Made by a program: the position numbers and the translations under genes
The notes under the pieces: model-generated
Database searches by the model: none
Seen by the model: the letters and a program-made list of their open reading frames with translations, nothing else
Told to the model about the DNA's origin: nothing
Part shown: positions 9,992 through 19,422 of the stretch, in pieces
Numbering within the stretch: the first letter of the stretch is position 1
How the letters are laid out: each line of letters starts with the position of its first letter
DNA from: Nitrospirales bacterium
GTDB lineage: Bacteria > Nitrospirota > Nitrospiria > Nitrospirales > UBA8639
Direction: 5' to 3'
Length of the DNA stretch: 64,000 bases
Assembly: GCA_963422365.1 (NCBI GenBank)
Contig: OY729426.1
Coordinates: 2,272,001 to 2,336,000 of the forward strand

Positions 9992-10828
9992 ATGTCCTTG
10001 AAGAGAAGACACCACATGTGGCCTCGCACTTGTAGAATGATCTGGTTCTCTCTTGCTGTATTGTTGCTCTTCACGAGTATGAGTTTTGCTTACGAAGTGA
10101 TGGAGATCAGGAACGGGGCAACCATTACGGGGAAGGTGGTCTTTACAGGCACCCTTTCGCATGCCCAAAGGCATTTTGAAGTCCGGAACGGGCCGGAGGT
10201 TTGTGGGGCAGAACGTGTCCTCAACAAAGTCGAAACGCATCAGGGCATGTTGAAGGGGGCCGTTATTGCTCTTGAAGACGTGGAAAAGGGCAAGCCTTTT
10301 TCTTCGCATCACCATACGGCCACGGATCACGGGCGAGGAACATTTCAATATGCCGGTGGAAACGAGTTGAACCTAGGCGTTCGACTCAAAAAATGCAGCT
10401 TCGGCCCATTCACCGGGGTCATGAGAGCAGATGAGGTTGTCCAATTCGTCAATCACGATTCTATCAAACACACACTTCATACGTATGCGTTACAAGGGCA
10501 GAAAGCAAAAATTTTGAGAACCATGCATACACAGAGTCTTCGAGCCCAGCGGCAGACGGAAAAAGTCTTTTCCGCTAAAAAACTGCACCAGGCCCATGCC
10601 GTAGGCTTGACCTGTGATCGTCACGATTTTATGGAAAATTGGCTCTATGTGGTCAAGAATCCCTATTATGCCATCTCAGATGAGTCAGGAAACTTCCGTA
10701 TCGACCAAGTCCCGCCAGGCGACTATAACCTAGTGGTCTGGCATCCTGTTCTCGGCATGCAAGAACAACGCGTGACGATCACGCCAGCTGGTCGTTTCTC
10801 GGTCAATTTTGAATTTATGAAGTCATAG
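9992..10828 (+). CDS. Exported carboxypeptidase-regulatory-like domain protein with cupredoxin-type motif
   Basis: Signal ending SFA-Y; GATITGKV; HTLHTY and CDRHDFM; GNFRIDQVPPGDYNLVVWHP; start uncertain. Confidence 0.75.
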   Translation: MSLKRRHHMWPRTCRMIWFSLAVLLLFTSMSFAYEVMEIRNGATITGKVVFTGTLSHAQRHFEVRNGPEVCGAERVLNKVETHQGMLKGAVIALEDVEKGKPFSSHHHTATDHGRGTFQYAGGNELNLGVRLKKCSFGPFTGVMRADEVVQFVNHDSIKHTLHTYALQGQKAKILRTMHTQSLRAQRQTEKVFSAKKLHQAHAVGLTCDRHDFMENWLYVVKNPYYAISDESGNFRIDQVPPGDYNLVVWHPVLGMQEQRVTITPAGRFSVNFEFMKS

Positions 10829-11008
10829 TCGGGGTACGCGTGTCGTTGGCCGGCCTAACCTATCATCGTTCTTGTTCTCCCTTCCCAACTCAATTCCCAT
10901 AACGACTTTGTGAAATGGCCTATCCCCATGGATTTGCTTGGATGGAGTCGTCGGTAAGAATATGCTAAGGTGCAATCCTTGCAAAGCGTAACGCAAAAAG
11001 GAGACCCC

Positions 11009-12265
11009 GTGGCAACCATTATGCCTTTTCGTGCCGTAAGGCCCAAACCCGAATACGCCCTCCAAGTAGCTGCCCCACCCTATGATGTCGTCTCCCTGGA
11101 CAAGGCACGAAACCTTGCCGATGGCAATCCTTACTGTTTTCTCCGTGTTGGGCGAGCCGAGTTGGAGTTGGCTGATGGAATCGATCCCTATTCAATGGAC
11201 ATCTACGAAAGAGGAGCCGCCAACCTTCAGGGGTTTCTTAAAGACGGCATTCTGGTACAGGAAGCCCACCTCATGTTTGGAGTGTATCGCCAACGCTGGG
11301 AGACACACGAACAAACTGGTCTCGTTGCACTTGCTTCGGTCGAGGAATACGATCGTGGGATTATCAAAAAACACGAACTCACCAGGCCGGTAAAGGAAAA
11401 TGACCGCGTGCGAATTATCGAAACGCACGAATCACAGTCGGGGCCTGTCCTCTTATTTTTCCGCCGTACAGCCCAATTCGAAAATTGGCTTACGGACATC
11501 ACGACCACCACGACGCCGGATGCACAGTTCATCGCTGATGATGGTGTGGAACACACCATCTGGAGTCTGCGTGACCACACGGCCATGGATAAAATGATCG
11601 AAGATTTCAAGAACATCGATGCGTTGTACATTGCCGATGGGCACCATCGATCTGCCGCCGCCAGTCGGGTGCGGGCTTCTCGAGCCCAAGATCACGCACG
11701 GTCATCATCGCATCACGAAGAAGGATTTTTGTGCGTCATCTTTCCGCATGACGAATTGCAAATTCTGCCCTATAACCGCGTGGTGCGTGATTTACATGGG
11801 TACACCACAAAAAAATTTCTTGAGGCCTTGGCCGTGTCCTATGAACTGCAACCCACCGCACAACCGGGACAGGCTTCGGAAGCCGGGTTTAACATGTATT
11901 TGGAAGGCCAATGGCATCAGGCTCTTCCCAAATGGACGCCAGAGCAACAGGCAAAGATGACGAACAATCCGGTGAATGCATTGGCTGTATCGGTCTTGAC
12001 CGACCGCGTGTTAGTTCCACTGTTGGGGATTACGGATCAACGCTCCGACCCAAGGATCGATTTTGTCGGAGGCATCCACCCGCCGAAAGAGTTGGCCTCG
12101 CGGGTGGACAGAGGAGAGTGGGCCGTTGCGTTTTGGTTATACCCTACGACCGTTGACGAACTCATGGCCGTTTCCGATGCCCAAGGCATTATGCCGCCCA
12201 AAAGCACATGGTTTGAACCCAAACTGCGTGACGGCTTATTCGTGCATATGCTCAGAGATGCATGA
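11009..12265 (+). CDS. DUF1015 family protein
   Basis: PFRAVRP, APPYDV, IKKHELT, YIADGHHR, MPPKSTWFEPKLRDGL; AGGAG before GTG. Confidence 0.92.
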   Translation: MATIMPFRAVRPKPEYALQVAAPPYDVVSLDKARNLADGNPYCFLRVGRAELELADGIDPYSMDIYERGAANLQGFLKDGILVQEAHLMFGVYRQRWETHEQTGLVALASVEEYDRGIIKKHELTRPVKENDRVRIIETHESQSGPVLLFFRRTAQFENWLTDITTTTTPDAQFIADDGVEHTIWSLRDHTAMDKMIEDFKNIDALYIADGHHRSAAASRVRASRAQDHARSSSHHEEGFLCVIFPHDELQILPYNRVVRDLHGYTTKKFLEALAVSYELQPTAQPGQASEAGFNMYLEGQWHQALPKWTPEQQAKMTNNPVNALAVSVLTDRVLVPLLGITDQRSDPRIDFVGGIHPPKELASRVDRGEWAVAFWLYPTTVDELMAVSDAQGIMPPKSTWFEPKLRDGLFVHMLRDA

Positions 12266-12267
12266 GC

Positions 12268-12891
12268 TTACATATCGCCATAGTCAGGATATCGTGTGGA
12301 ACCTGGCCGGAAATACTCATTGGGTTCTCCTACGATCCAACCAAGCTCGCTGACGAGTTCCAAAGCGGGAATGGCGGCATCCTGCTCCCACACATTCTCT
12401 TCCGTATCATCCTGTTGACAGGAATCGGTTTCTTGCCGATCACCCCACATCTCTCCTCTATTGCAAAAGAGAAACGCTGTATCCCAAAAATACATTTTGA
12501 TCAGCGCCTTTGTATCGACTTCCCCAATTTTGTAATCTCCGATGGGCCTAGTGTGCTGGCTAAAATCATCGAGCAGATCATTATGGGTTGCGCAAAAATT
12601 GTTTAATGTTTCGTACAACACAAGCCAGTGCAGATCGGTTAAGCGATAGACCCGTGAATCATTCATGGCGGCGAACAGTTGGGCTAATACGAGTACCGAC
12701 ATATAAGGACCGAGACATTGTGAGGTTTCAGGATAGAGACTTTCCCAGGAATCTATGGCACCATCATCCGACAGCAATCGAATTTCTGCTGCTTCACTGG
12801 TGAAGGCTTCTTTGAGAATAGCCTCAAACACGGCGTCGGGTTTGGTTTGAAAATAAATCATCGCGACAATTTTGACAGTATCATGCCGCAA
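12268..12891 (-). CDS. Hypothetical acidic protein
   Basis: 207-aa ORF converging on the DUF1015 gene; no recognised motif. Confidence 0.6.
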   Translation of the reverse strand: MRHDTVKIVAMIYFQTKPDAVFEAILKEAFTSEAAEIRLLSDDGAIDSWESLYPETSQCLGPYMSVLVLAQLFAAMNDSRVYRLTDLHWLVLYETLNNFCATHNDLLDDFSQHTRPIGDYKIGEVDTKALIKMYFWDTAFLFCNRGEMWGDRQETDSCQQDDTEENVWEQDAAIPALELVSELGWIVGEPNEYFRPGSTRYPDYGDM

Positions 12892-12945
12892 TCCAGCCCA
12901 ACAAGAAAATGAAATCTCCGGAGAGTGAGATTGGAAACCGGGCTC

Positions 12946-13401
12946 TTAGAAAATCAAAGGAATAAGCCGCCACGTATGCAACCGGTACGCCTCATAGTCG
13001 TCAAAGATTTCCCTTAAAAGCATCTCTTCATAGGAGAGTTTCACCACCAGATTTGTACTCAAGAGCAACCAGCAGAGCCCTCGCCAATACGAAAATGACT
13101 CCCACACCAACGCCAGCATGACCATCAGCAACGCCGTGTACATTGGATGCCGAATCCATTGATACGGCCCAGCGGTCGCCAGGTGGCTTCCGGGCTTGAC
13201 CTCAGGGAAAACATGTACATTTTTTACTTTCATCGTAACAACTGCCCATACCCCTAGCAGACCTCCCAACAGTTCCAACGTGAGCAACAACCCATGCCTG
13301 GCAACCCATGGGCCAGAAACCAGGATCACTCCAATACAGGCAAATTGAATACTCACGAGGACGGAGGACTTAATCCTGTCAGCTTTGTGTTTCATCATCA
13401 A
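12946..13401 (-). CDS. Isoprenylcysteine carboxyl methyltransferase family membrane protein
   Basis: Several TM segments; GPYQWIRHPMY, YEE..L, YR..TWRLIP. Confidence 0.88.
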   Translation of the reverse strand: MMMKHKADRIKSSVLVSIQFACIGVILVSGPWVARHGLLLTLELLGGLLGVWAVVTMKVKNVHVFPEVKPGSHLATAGPYQWIRHPMYTALLMVMLALVWESFSYWRGLCWLLLSTNLVVKLSYEEMLLREIFDDYEAYRLHTWRLIPLIF

Positions 13402-13440
13402 GGCCTATGGCCTGAACACTCTTGGAAGAACGGACACATC

Positions 13441-13845
13441 TCAATACCGGTATCCTCCGCTCAGGTGCTTCTCAAGAGTCGAAGATAGACCGAGATGGTT
13501 GCGATAGGCTGAGGATTCCACGACTTCTTTATTAGTCGGAGCCAGTTCACGTGCTCTTTTAAAATGGATCGTGGCTTCTTGGTGATTGCCCAGCTTATGG
13601 AAGGCCAAAGCCAGATTGAAATGGGCTTCCGGCAAATTGTGGTCGGCCTGAATCGCCGATTCAAAACGACTTTTCGCCTCTTTCCACTTCCCGGCATTAT
13701 ACTGCTGAATCCCTTCAAGATTATGGTGAGCTGCAGCAGGACTCGTCATTGGCAAGACAGCAAAAGGGCCTGACTGAGTGACACACCCAGTCACCATTGC
13801 TAAGAATCCTGAGACGATAAGGCCTGTTTTCATTCCACGATGCAT
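13441..13845 (-). CDS. TPR lipoprotein
   Basis: Lipobox VTGC; TPR EAHFNLALAFHKLG; GGAGG RBS. Confidence 0.85.
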   Translation of the reverse strand: MHRGMKTGLIVSGFLAMVTGCVTQSGPFAVLPMTSPAAAHHNLEGIQQYNAGKWKEAKSRFESAIQADHNLPEAHFNLALAFHKLGNHQEATIHFKRARELAPTNKEVVESSAYRNHLGLSSTLEKHLSGGYRY

Positions 13846-14018
13846 ACGTTTTCCTCCGATGCTCTTCTTTTTAAAGCTCCTCCCCGTTCGACCTTTTTCC
13901 TGCAGAAGGGAGAGGCTGGGAACTCCCTCCTCCAATATACTCTTGTCAATTTGTGAGCAATCCCTTAGAAGGACGGCATTGTACACAGAGGACATTTCCT
14001 CTACCATGCCACATTATT

Positions 14019-15425
14019 GTGACAAGTCAAAAATTGCAATGCCATGATGTCGTCATCATTGGCGGGGGGTCTGCAGGGTATGCCGCTGCACGGACAGCGC
14101 ACGATGAGGGAGCCAACGTTGGGATTATTGATCATGGACCGTTAGGGGGGCTCTGCATCTTACGCGGATGCATGCCGACCAAGACCATTTTACGTTCCTC
14201 TGACATCATATCGCTCATGAAACGTGCGGAAGAATTCGGGTTAAAACCGGTTTCTGCAAAAGCCAATCTTTCCGCAATCATCAGTCGCAAGGCTCGTCTC
14301 ATCGGTGAGTTTGCCAATGATCGTATTCAAGCATTGAAAGATTCCCGTTTCGCCTTATACGAGGCACGCGCCGTGTTCCTCTCTCCCTACGCAATCCAAG
14401 CCGGTCCCCAGAGCTTAACCGCCAAGGCCTTTATTCTCTCCACGGGATCTGTGGTCTCCCGCATCCCGATACCTGGGCTCGAAGAAGTCGGATATCTCAC
14501 CAGCGATGAGGCCTTAGAGTTACGTACCATCCCCCAATCCATGATCGTGCTCGGCGGTGGGCCCGTGGCTTTGGAATTGGCTCAATTCTTCCACCGTATC
14601 GGTACCCGTGTCACGCTGATTCAGCGCAGCGTTCACATCATGTCACAGGGTGATGAAGACTTGGCCCGTCCAGTGGAAGCACGGTTTCGAGAAGAGGGCA
14701 TGACGGTGTTGACTCACACACAGCTTCATCGTTTTACCAAAGACGGTACGCACAAAGTGGCCCACTTGACCCATGAAGGGAAAGAGAAAACCATTTCCTC
14801 AGAGGTGATTCTCCAAGCGCTCGGGCGACAGCCCAATATCGAAAATTTGAACGTAGCCGCTGCGAAGGTCGAGGTTCGTCAAGGCAAAATCGTGGTCGAC
14901 AGCACGATGCGGACGAGCCAGCCGCACATTTATGCAGTGGGTGACGTAAACGGACTCCATGAAATTGTCCATATTGCAATCCAACAAGGAGAAATTGCAG
15001 GGTGGAACGCCATTCATCCTCAGGCCTCTCTCCGTCAATATGACGACCGACTCAAAACCCAAGTCGTCTTTACCGACCCCCAAATCGCCAGCGTCGGGTT
15101 AAACGAAAAAGAATGTCGAAGCCAGCAGATTTCCTATTGTGTTGCCTCGTATCCCTTTGCCGACCATGGGAAATCATTGTCATTGGGTGAGATCCATGGT
15201 CATGTCAAACTTCTGGCTTCGCCGGAGAACGGCAAAATTTTAGGAGCCCATATTGTTGGGCCGGAAGCCGCGGAACTGATTCATGGGCTTATTGCCGTCA
15301 TGTATTATCAGGGTACGGTTCATGATCTTGCTCGGATACCCCATTATCACCCTACCCTTGCCGAAATCATCACGTATCCTGCTGAAGAATTAGCCGGTCA
15401 GATAAACTCACAGACGGACGTCTAA
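14019..15425 (+). CDS. Dihydrolipoamide dehydrogenase-like flavoprotein disulfide reductase
   Basis: GGGSAG, GGLCILRGCMPTK, GGGPVALE, HYHPTLAE; start estimated. Confidence 0.88.
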   Translation: MTSQKLQCHDVVIIGGGSAGYAAARTAHDEGANVGIIDHGPLGGLCILRGCMPTKTILRSSDIISLMKRAEEFGLKPVSAKANLSAIISRKARLIGEFANDRIQALKDSRFALYEARAVFLSPYAIQAGPQSLTAKAFILSTGSVVSRIPIPGLEEVGYLTSDEALELRTIPQSMIVLGGGPVALELAQFFHRIGTRVTLIQRSVHIMSQGDEDLARPVEARFREEGMTVLTHTQLHRFTKDGTHKVAHLTHEGKEKTISSEVILQALGRQPNIENLNVAAAKVEVRQGKIVVDSTMRTSQPHIYAVGDVNGLHEIVHIAIQQGEIAGWNAIHPQASLRQYDDRLKTQVVFTDPQIASVGLNEKECRSQQISYCVASYPFADHGKSLSLGEIHGHVKLLASPENGKILGAHIVGPEAAELIHGLIAVMYYQGTVHDLARIPHYHPTLAEIITYPAEELAGQINSQTDV

Positions 15426-15572
15426 GGCACAGCGAATTCGACCAATTTTTCCACCGACGACGTGTCCATCTAACGACAAACGCCCTCAACAGGCTGCAGC
15501 GCTAAGACTGTATACTATTGCGGATAGCGCACGATGTGCCGACTTGAGCCAAATCCACCATAAAAATCCACG

Positions 15573-16286
15573 ATGACGAACTCACCTTCTGCTGAATCTT
15601 CCTTAACGACTCTCGGGAAGATTGTTATTCTTGGAATCCTTGGATTGTGGCTTGGGGCATTCTTCTATTTCGATATTGGGCACTATTTCTCCCTTGAGGC
15701 CTTGAAAGCCAACAGGGACAGCTTACGGGCTTATACCAATGCCAACTTGACCACTGCAGTTATCCTTTACGTGGCGTTCTATATCCTTCAAACAGGACTA
15801 TCATTGCCAGGCGGGGCCATCATGACCTTGGCTGGGGGGTTTTTATTCGGAAGCGTGCCCGGTACGATCTTTGTCAATATCGGAGCCACGACAGGCGCGA
15901 CCTTAGCCTTTTTGGCTGCACGCTATATCTTACGCGATTGGGTTGAACGCAAATTCGGCGAGCGCATTGAACCAATCCAGGCCGGATTTACCCAAAACGC
16001 CTTTAGCTATCTGTTGACCCTACGGCTTATTCCTGCCTTTCCCTTCTTTCTGGTCAATCTCGTGTCCGGCTTGACCCGGGTGAATCTGAGCACCTTTATC
16101 ATGGCAACCTCCATCGGCATTATCCCGGGCAGCTTTGTCTACGCTTTTGCAGGGAAACATCTTGGGTCCATTGACTCGTTGACGGAAATTGCCTCACCGC
16201 CAGTGTTGCTGGCGTTTACCTTCCTAGGGCTGCTGGCCCTTGTTCCCATTGCTCGTCGCAAATTTTTGAGAAGGAAAAAGGCTTGA
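15573..16286 (+). CDS. TVP38/TMEM64 (VTT/DedA superfamily) membrane protein
   Basis: LSLPGG..MTLAGGFLFG, GATLAF..ARY, LRLIPAFPF. Confidence 0.92.
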   Translation: MTNSPSAESSLTTLGKIVILGILGLWLGAFFYFDIGHYFSLEALKANRDSLRAYTNANLTTAVILYVAFYILQTGLSLPGGAIMTLAGGFLFGSVPGTIFVNIGATTGATLAFLAARYILRDWVERKFGERIEPIQAGFTQNAFSYLLTLRLIPAFPFFLVNLVSGLTRVNLSTFIMATSIGIIPGSFVYAFAGKHLGSIDSLTEIASPPVLLAFTFLGLLALVPIARRKFLRRKKA

Positions 16287-16372
16287 TTGACGCCCCATTT
16301 TCGCCAGCCTACGATTTATGAATGGGACACGATCTGAGGCAACCGTATTGGTCCCGTAAGGAAGGACTCATC

Positions 16373-17926
16373 ATGCAGACCGATGATCATCGAGATGAGT
16401 CCATTATGATGGCCCCGATGGATGAATTTAATCAGCAACTCGTTCATAACGTCCACCCTTCAAGCTGGACCAATCCGACACCAACCGGTCGATACAATAT
16501 CGTCGTCATCGGGGCCGGTACCGCTGGGTTGGTCACTGCGGCGGTTGCCGCCGCGCTTGGCGCGAAGGTAGCCCTGATCGAACGACATTTGATGGGCGGG
16601 GATTGCTTGAACGTCGGATGCGTGCCGTCCAAAGGTGTCATTCGCGCATCCCGTGCGTGGAACGCAGTCAGCCATGCCCAGGAATTCGGCGTGACGATTC
16701 CGGATGGAGTCAAAACCGATTTTGGAGTCGCCATGGCGAGAATGCGAAAACTTCGAACCCGTATCAGCCAAGTAGATTCGGTTCAGCGCTTTACAGGTCT
16801 CGGGGTTGATGTGTTTATCGGTAAAGGCCGGTTTACGGGAAAAACCACGATCGAAGTGGGCGGCACCACCCTTCAATTTTCAAAAGCAGCCATCTGTACC
16901 GGCGCACGCGCAGCAGCCCCGCCTATCCACGGGCTGGAGGCATCAGGCTATTTGACGAACGAAACCATCTTCTCCTTAACCCAACTTCCCTCGCGCCTCA
17001 CCGTCATTGGCGCTGGTCCGATTGGCTGTGAGATGGCCCAGGCTTTCGCTCGATTCGGCAGTCGCGTGTGGCTATTCGAACAAACCAAGCACATTCTTCC
17101 TCGTGAGGATGCGGATGCCGCCGACATCGTTCAAACGCAAATGGCTAAAGACGGGGTCGCTTTTATTTTTGATTCCAACATCACAAAAGTCGAATTACGT
17201 GAACAGGAGAAAGTCGTGCATTACGACATCCATGGTGAGCAGCACGAACTCGTGGTTGATGAGATACTCGTCGGGGTTGGACGTGCGCCCAACGTGGAAG
17301 GGCTCGGACTTGAAACACTTGGAGTGGATTATGATACACGGACTGGCGTGAAAGTGAATAATCGATTACAAACGACCAATCCCAACATCTATGCTGCCGG
17401 TGATATTTGTTTTCCGTTTAAATTTACCCATACTGCGGATGCCCTGGCCCAAATCGTCATTCAAAATGCCTTATTCCCTCATCCTCTCGGGTTGGGTTAC
17501 ACAAAAACGGATTCACTCATTATCCCCTGGGCCACCTATACGGATCCGGAAATTGCACACGTCGGGCTGTATGAAGCCGAGGCGAAGCAAAAAGGAATCG
17601 AGGTTGATACGTTGACATTTAAACTCGACGAAGTCGATCGAGCTATTTTAGACGGGAACGATGAAGGATTTGCCCGTGTGCATGTCAAAAAAGGAACCGA
17701 TGCCATTGTGGGCGCTACACTCGTCGCCGCCCATGCCGGTGATATGATCAGCGAATTCACGTTGGCCATGAAGGGGGGACTTGGCTTGCGGACGATCGCC
17801 GGAACGATCCATCCCTACCCCACCCAAGCCGAAGTCATCAAAAAAGTCGCCAATGCCTGGAGAAAAACCACTCTCACCGAGCACAAGAAACAATTACTCA
17901 GGAAGTGGTTTGCCTGGATGCGATAA
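16373..17926 (+). CDS. Mercuric-reductase-like flavoprotein disulfide reductase lacking the C-terminal CC pair
   Basis: GAGTAG, GGDCLNVGCVPSK, GAGPIGCE, HPYPTQAE; ends WFAWMR. Confidence 0.88.
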   Translation: MQTDDHRDESIMMAPMDEFNQQLVHNVHPSSWTNPTPTGRYNIVVIGAGTAGLVTAAVAAALGAKVALIERHLMGGDCLNVGCVPSKGVIRASRAWNAVSHAQEFGVTIPDGVKTDFGVAMARMRKLRTRISQVDSVQRFTGLGVDVFIGKGRFTGKTTIEVGGTTLQFSKAAICTGARAAAPPIHGLEASGYLTNETIFSLTQLPSRLTVIGAGPIGCEMAQAFARFGSRVWLFEQTKHILPREDADAADIVQTQMAKDGVAFIFDSNITKVELREQEKVVHYDIHGEQHELVVDEILVGVGRAPNVEGLGLETLGVDYDTRTGVKVNNRLQTTNPNIYAAGDICFPFKFTHTADALAQIVIQNALFPHPLGLGYTKTDSLIIPWATYTDPEIAHVGLYEAEAKQKGIEVDTLTFKLDEVDRAILDGNDEGFARVHVKKGTDAIVGATLVAAHAGDMISEFTLAMKGGLGLRTIAGTIHPYPTQAEVIKKVANAWRKTTLTEHKKQLLRKWFAWMR

Positions 17927-18000
17927 CGAACTCTCGAGTTCACCCTGAGACGAAGCTTGTTTGCAGATGGACAAACACGCGTCATTGAACAATAATCTCG

Positions 18001-18579
18001 CTACGTGTAGGTGGGGACGCCTCCCGGCTTCCACTTGATGTTGCACCCGGCACTGGGGCGCTGCTCTCGACTCACGGGTTGCTCCGCTAAGATGGCCTCA
18101 ATCGCTGCCCGTAAATCTTTTCCTGTTACCGGCACCCCATTCCCGGGACGGCTGTCATCCAACTGACCACGGTAGACTAACTTCCACGTCTTGTCGAACA
18201 AAAAGAAATCCGGGGTACAGGCTGCGGTGAAGGCCTTGGCCACAGCCTGACTTTCGTCATAACAGTAAGGAAACGTGAACTCGAGTTCCTGGGCCATGAC
18301 TCGTAATCGCTCGGGACGATCATCCGGATAGTTGTCCGCATCATTACTACTGATCGCCATCATGCCAAGAGGTTTCCCTGCATAATCCTTCCCCAATCGG
18401 CCTAACTCCTGTTGCACGTGAACGACATAAGGACAATGCCGACAAATAAACATCACCAGCAATCCCCTTTGTCCGGCAAATTGGTCAGGAGAGATGGTCT
18501 TGCCTGACACAACATCGGGCAATTGAAAATCTGGAACAGGGTTTCCCAACCCCACCATTGTCGAATGGGTCAATGCCAC
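18001..18579 (-). CDS. Thioredoxin-fold AhpC/TSA-like protein
   Basis: FICRHCPYV, AACTPDFF, YRGQLDD, GCNIKW. Confidence 0.92.
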   Translation of the reverse strand: MALTHSTMVGLGNPVPDFQLPDVVSGKTISPDQFAGQRGLLVMFICRHCPYVVHVQQELGRLGKDYAGKPLGMMAISSNDADNYPDDRPERLRVMAQELEFTFPYCYDESQAVAKAFTAACTPDFFLFDKTWKLVYRGQLDDSRPGNGVPVTGKDLRAAIEAILAEQPVSREQRPSAGCNIKWKPGGVPTYT

Positions 18580-18650
18580 ACACCGACTCCTTTACTGAAA
18601 AGAAAGAGATTTCTTAGACCCGCCTATTCCATAACAAAAAGAGTGATCGC

Positions 18651-19130
18651 TTAACTGCCTTCTTCGTGAATTTGTTCGCTCAAGTAATTTTCCAATCCGA
18701 CCTGCTTGATGGTTTCCAACTGCGTTTCGATCCAGTCAATATGTTCTTCTTCATCTTTGACCATATCTTCCAGCAGGTGGCGTGTCGTAAAATCACCGAC
18801 CTTTACACAATGCTGGATTCCTTCGCTGAGCATCTTGACCATGGACTTTTCCTTGTCCAAATCCGCTTTCAATTGTTCCAGCACGGTTTCTCCGATTTTG
18901 ACCGTTCCGAGCCGCTGCATGTTGGGAAGGCCATCCAGATAAAGAATATGATCGATCACATGTTTCGCATCTTTCATTTCTCCATAGCTTCGATCCAACA
19001 CATGATGATGCAAACGCTCATAGCCCCAGTTTTTGCACATTTTAGCGTGCAAAAAATATTGATTGATGACCGTCAATTCTTCGGTCAACAGATTATTGAG
19101 AAGATCAATTACTCCTGGTTTGGCTTCCAT
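18651..19130 (-). CDS. bfr: Bacterioferritin
   Basis: ELTVINQYFLH, heme ligand Met52, E94, EEEHIDW. Confidence 0.93.
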   Translation of the reverse strand: MEAKPGVIDLLNNLLTEELTVINQYFLHAKMCKNWGYERLHHHVLDRSYGEMKDAKHVIDHILYLDGLPNMQRLGTVKIGETVLEQLKADLDKEKSMVKMLSEGIQHCVKVGDFTTRHLLEDMVKDEEEHIDWIETQLETIKQVGLENYLSEQIHEEGS

Positions 19131-19289
19131 ACCATTCTCCTTTCTTTGAGTCCAGGCTGGATTTTCTTATTTCTGTCTTCTCTCATCCTGGAGTTACGAA
19201 ATTTTGTTCAGTTCAATCATGATCTTTCTTCCAGATTACCCCCCGTTTTCGAAAATGTCAATAAAAAATATTAGGTGTTATTACATAAC

Positions 19290-19330
19290 AATAATTCTCT
19301 TTCTCAAAGTCGCTGATTCGGATTCTCAAC
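19290..19330. promoter_or_regulatory. Possible Fur-family operator upstream of bfr
   Basis: Two TTGAGAA half-sites on the minus strand (19301-19307, 19323-19329) in an AT-rich divergent intergenic region. Confidence 0.2.
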
Positions 19331-19422
19331 TTCTTGCTAGGTACAGAAAAAGCCTTTTTACGAGCAAGGATCGAAGTGCCTCAAGTTGACCCATATTTTT
19401 GCCCGGTGCTACTGTAGATTCC

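Noticed and set aside
16373..17926. Mercury resistance gene merA
   Set aside because: No C-terminal Cys-Cys pair, no N-terminal HMA domain and no mer operon genes
18666..19274. 202-aa plus-strand ORF
   Set aside because: Antisense shadow of bfr
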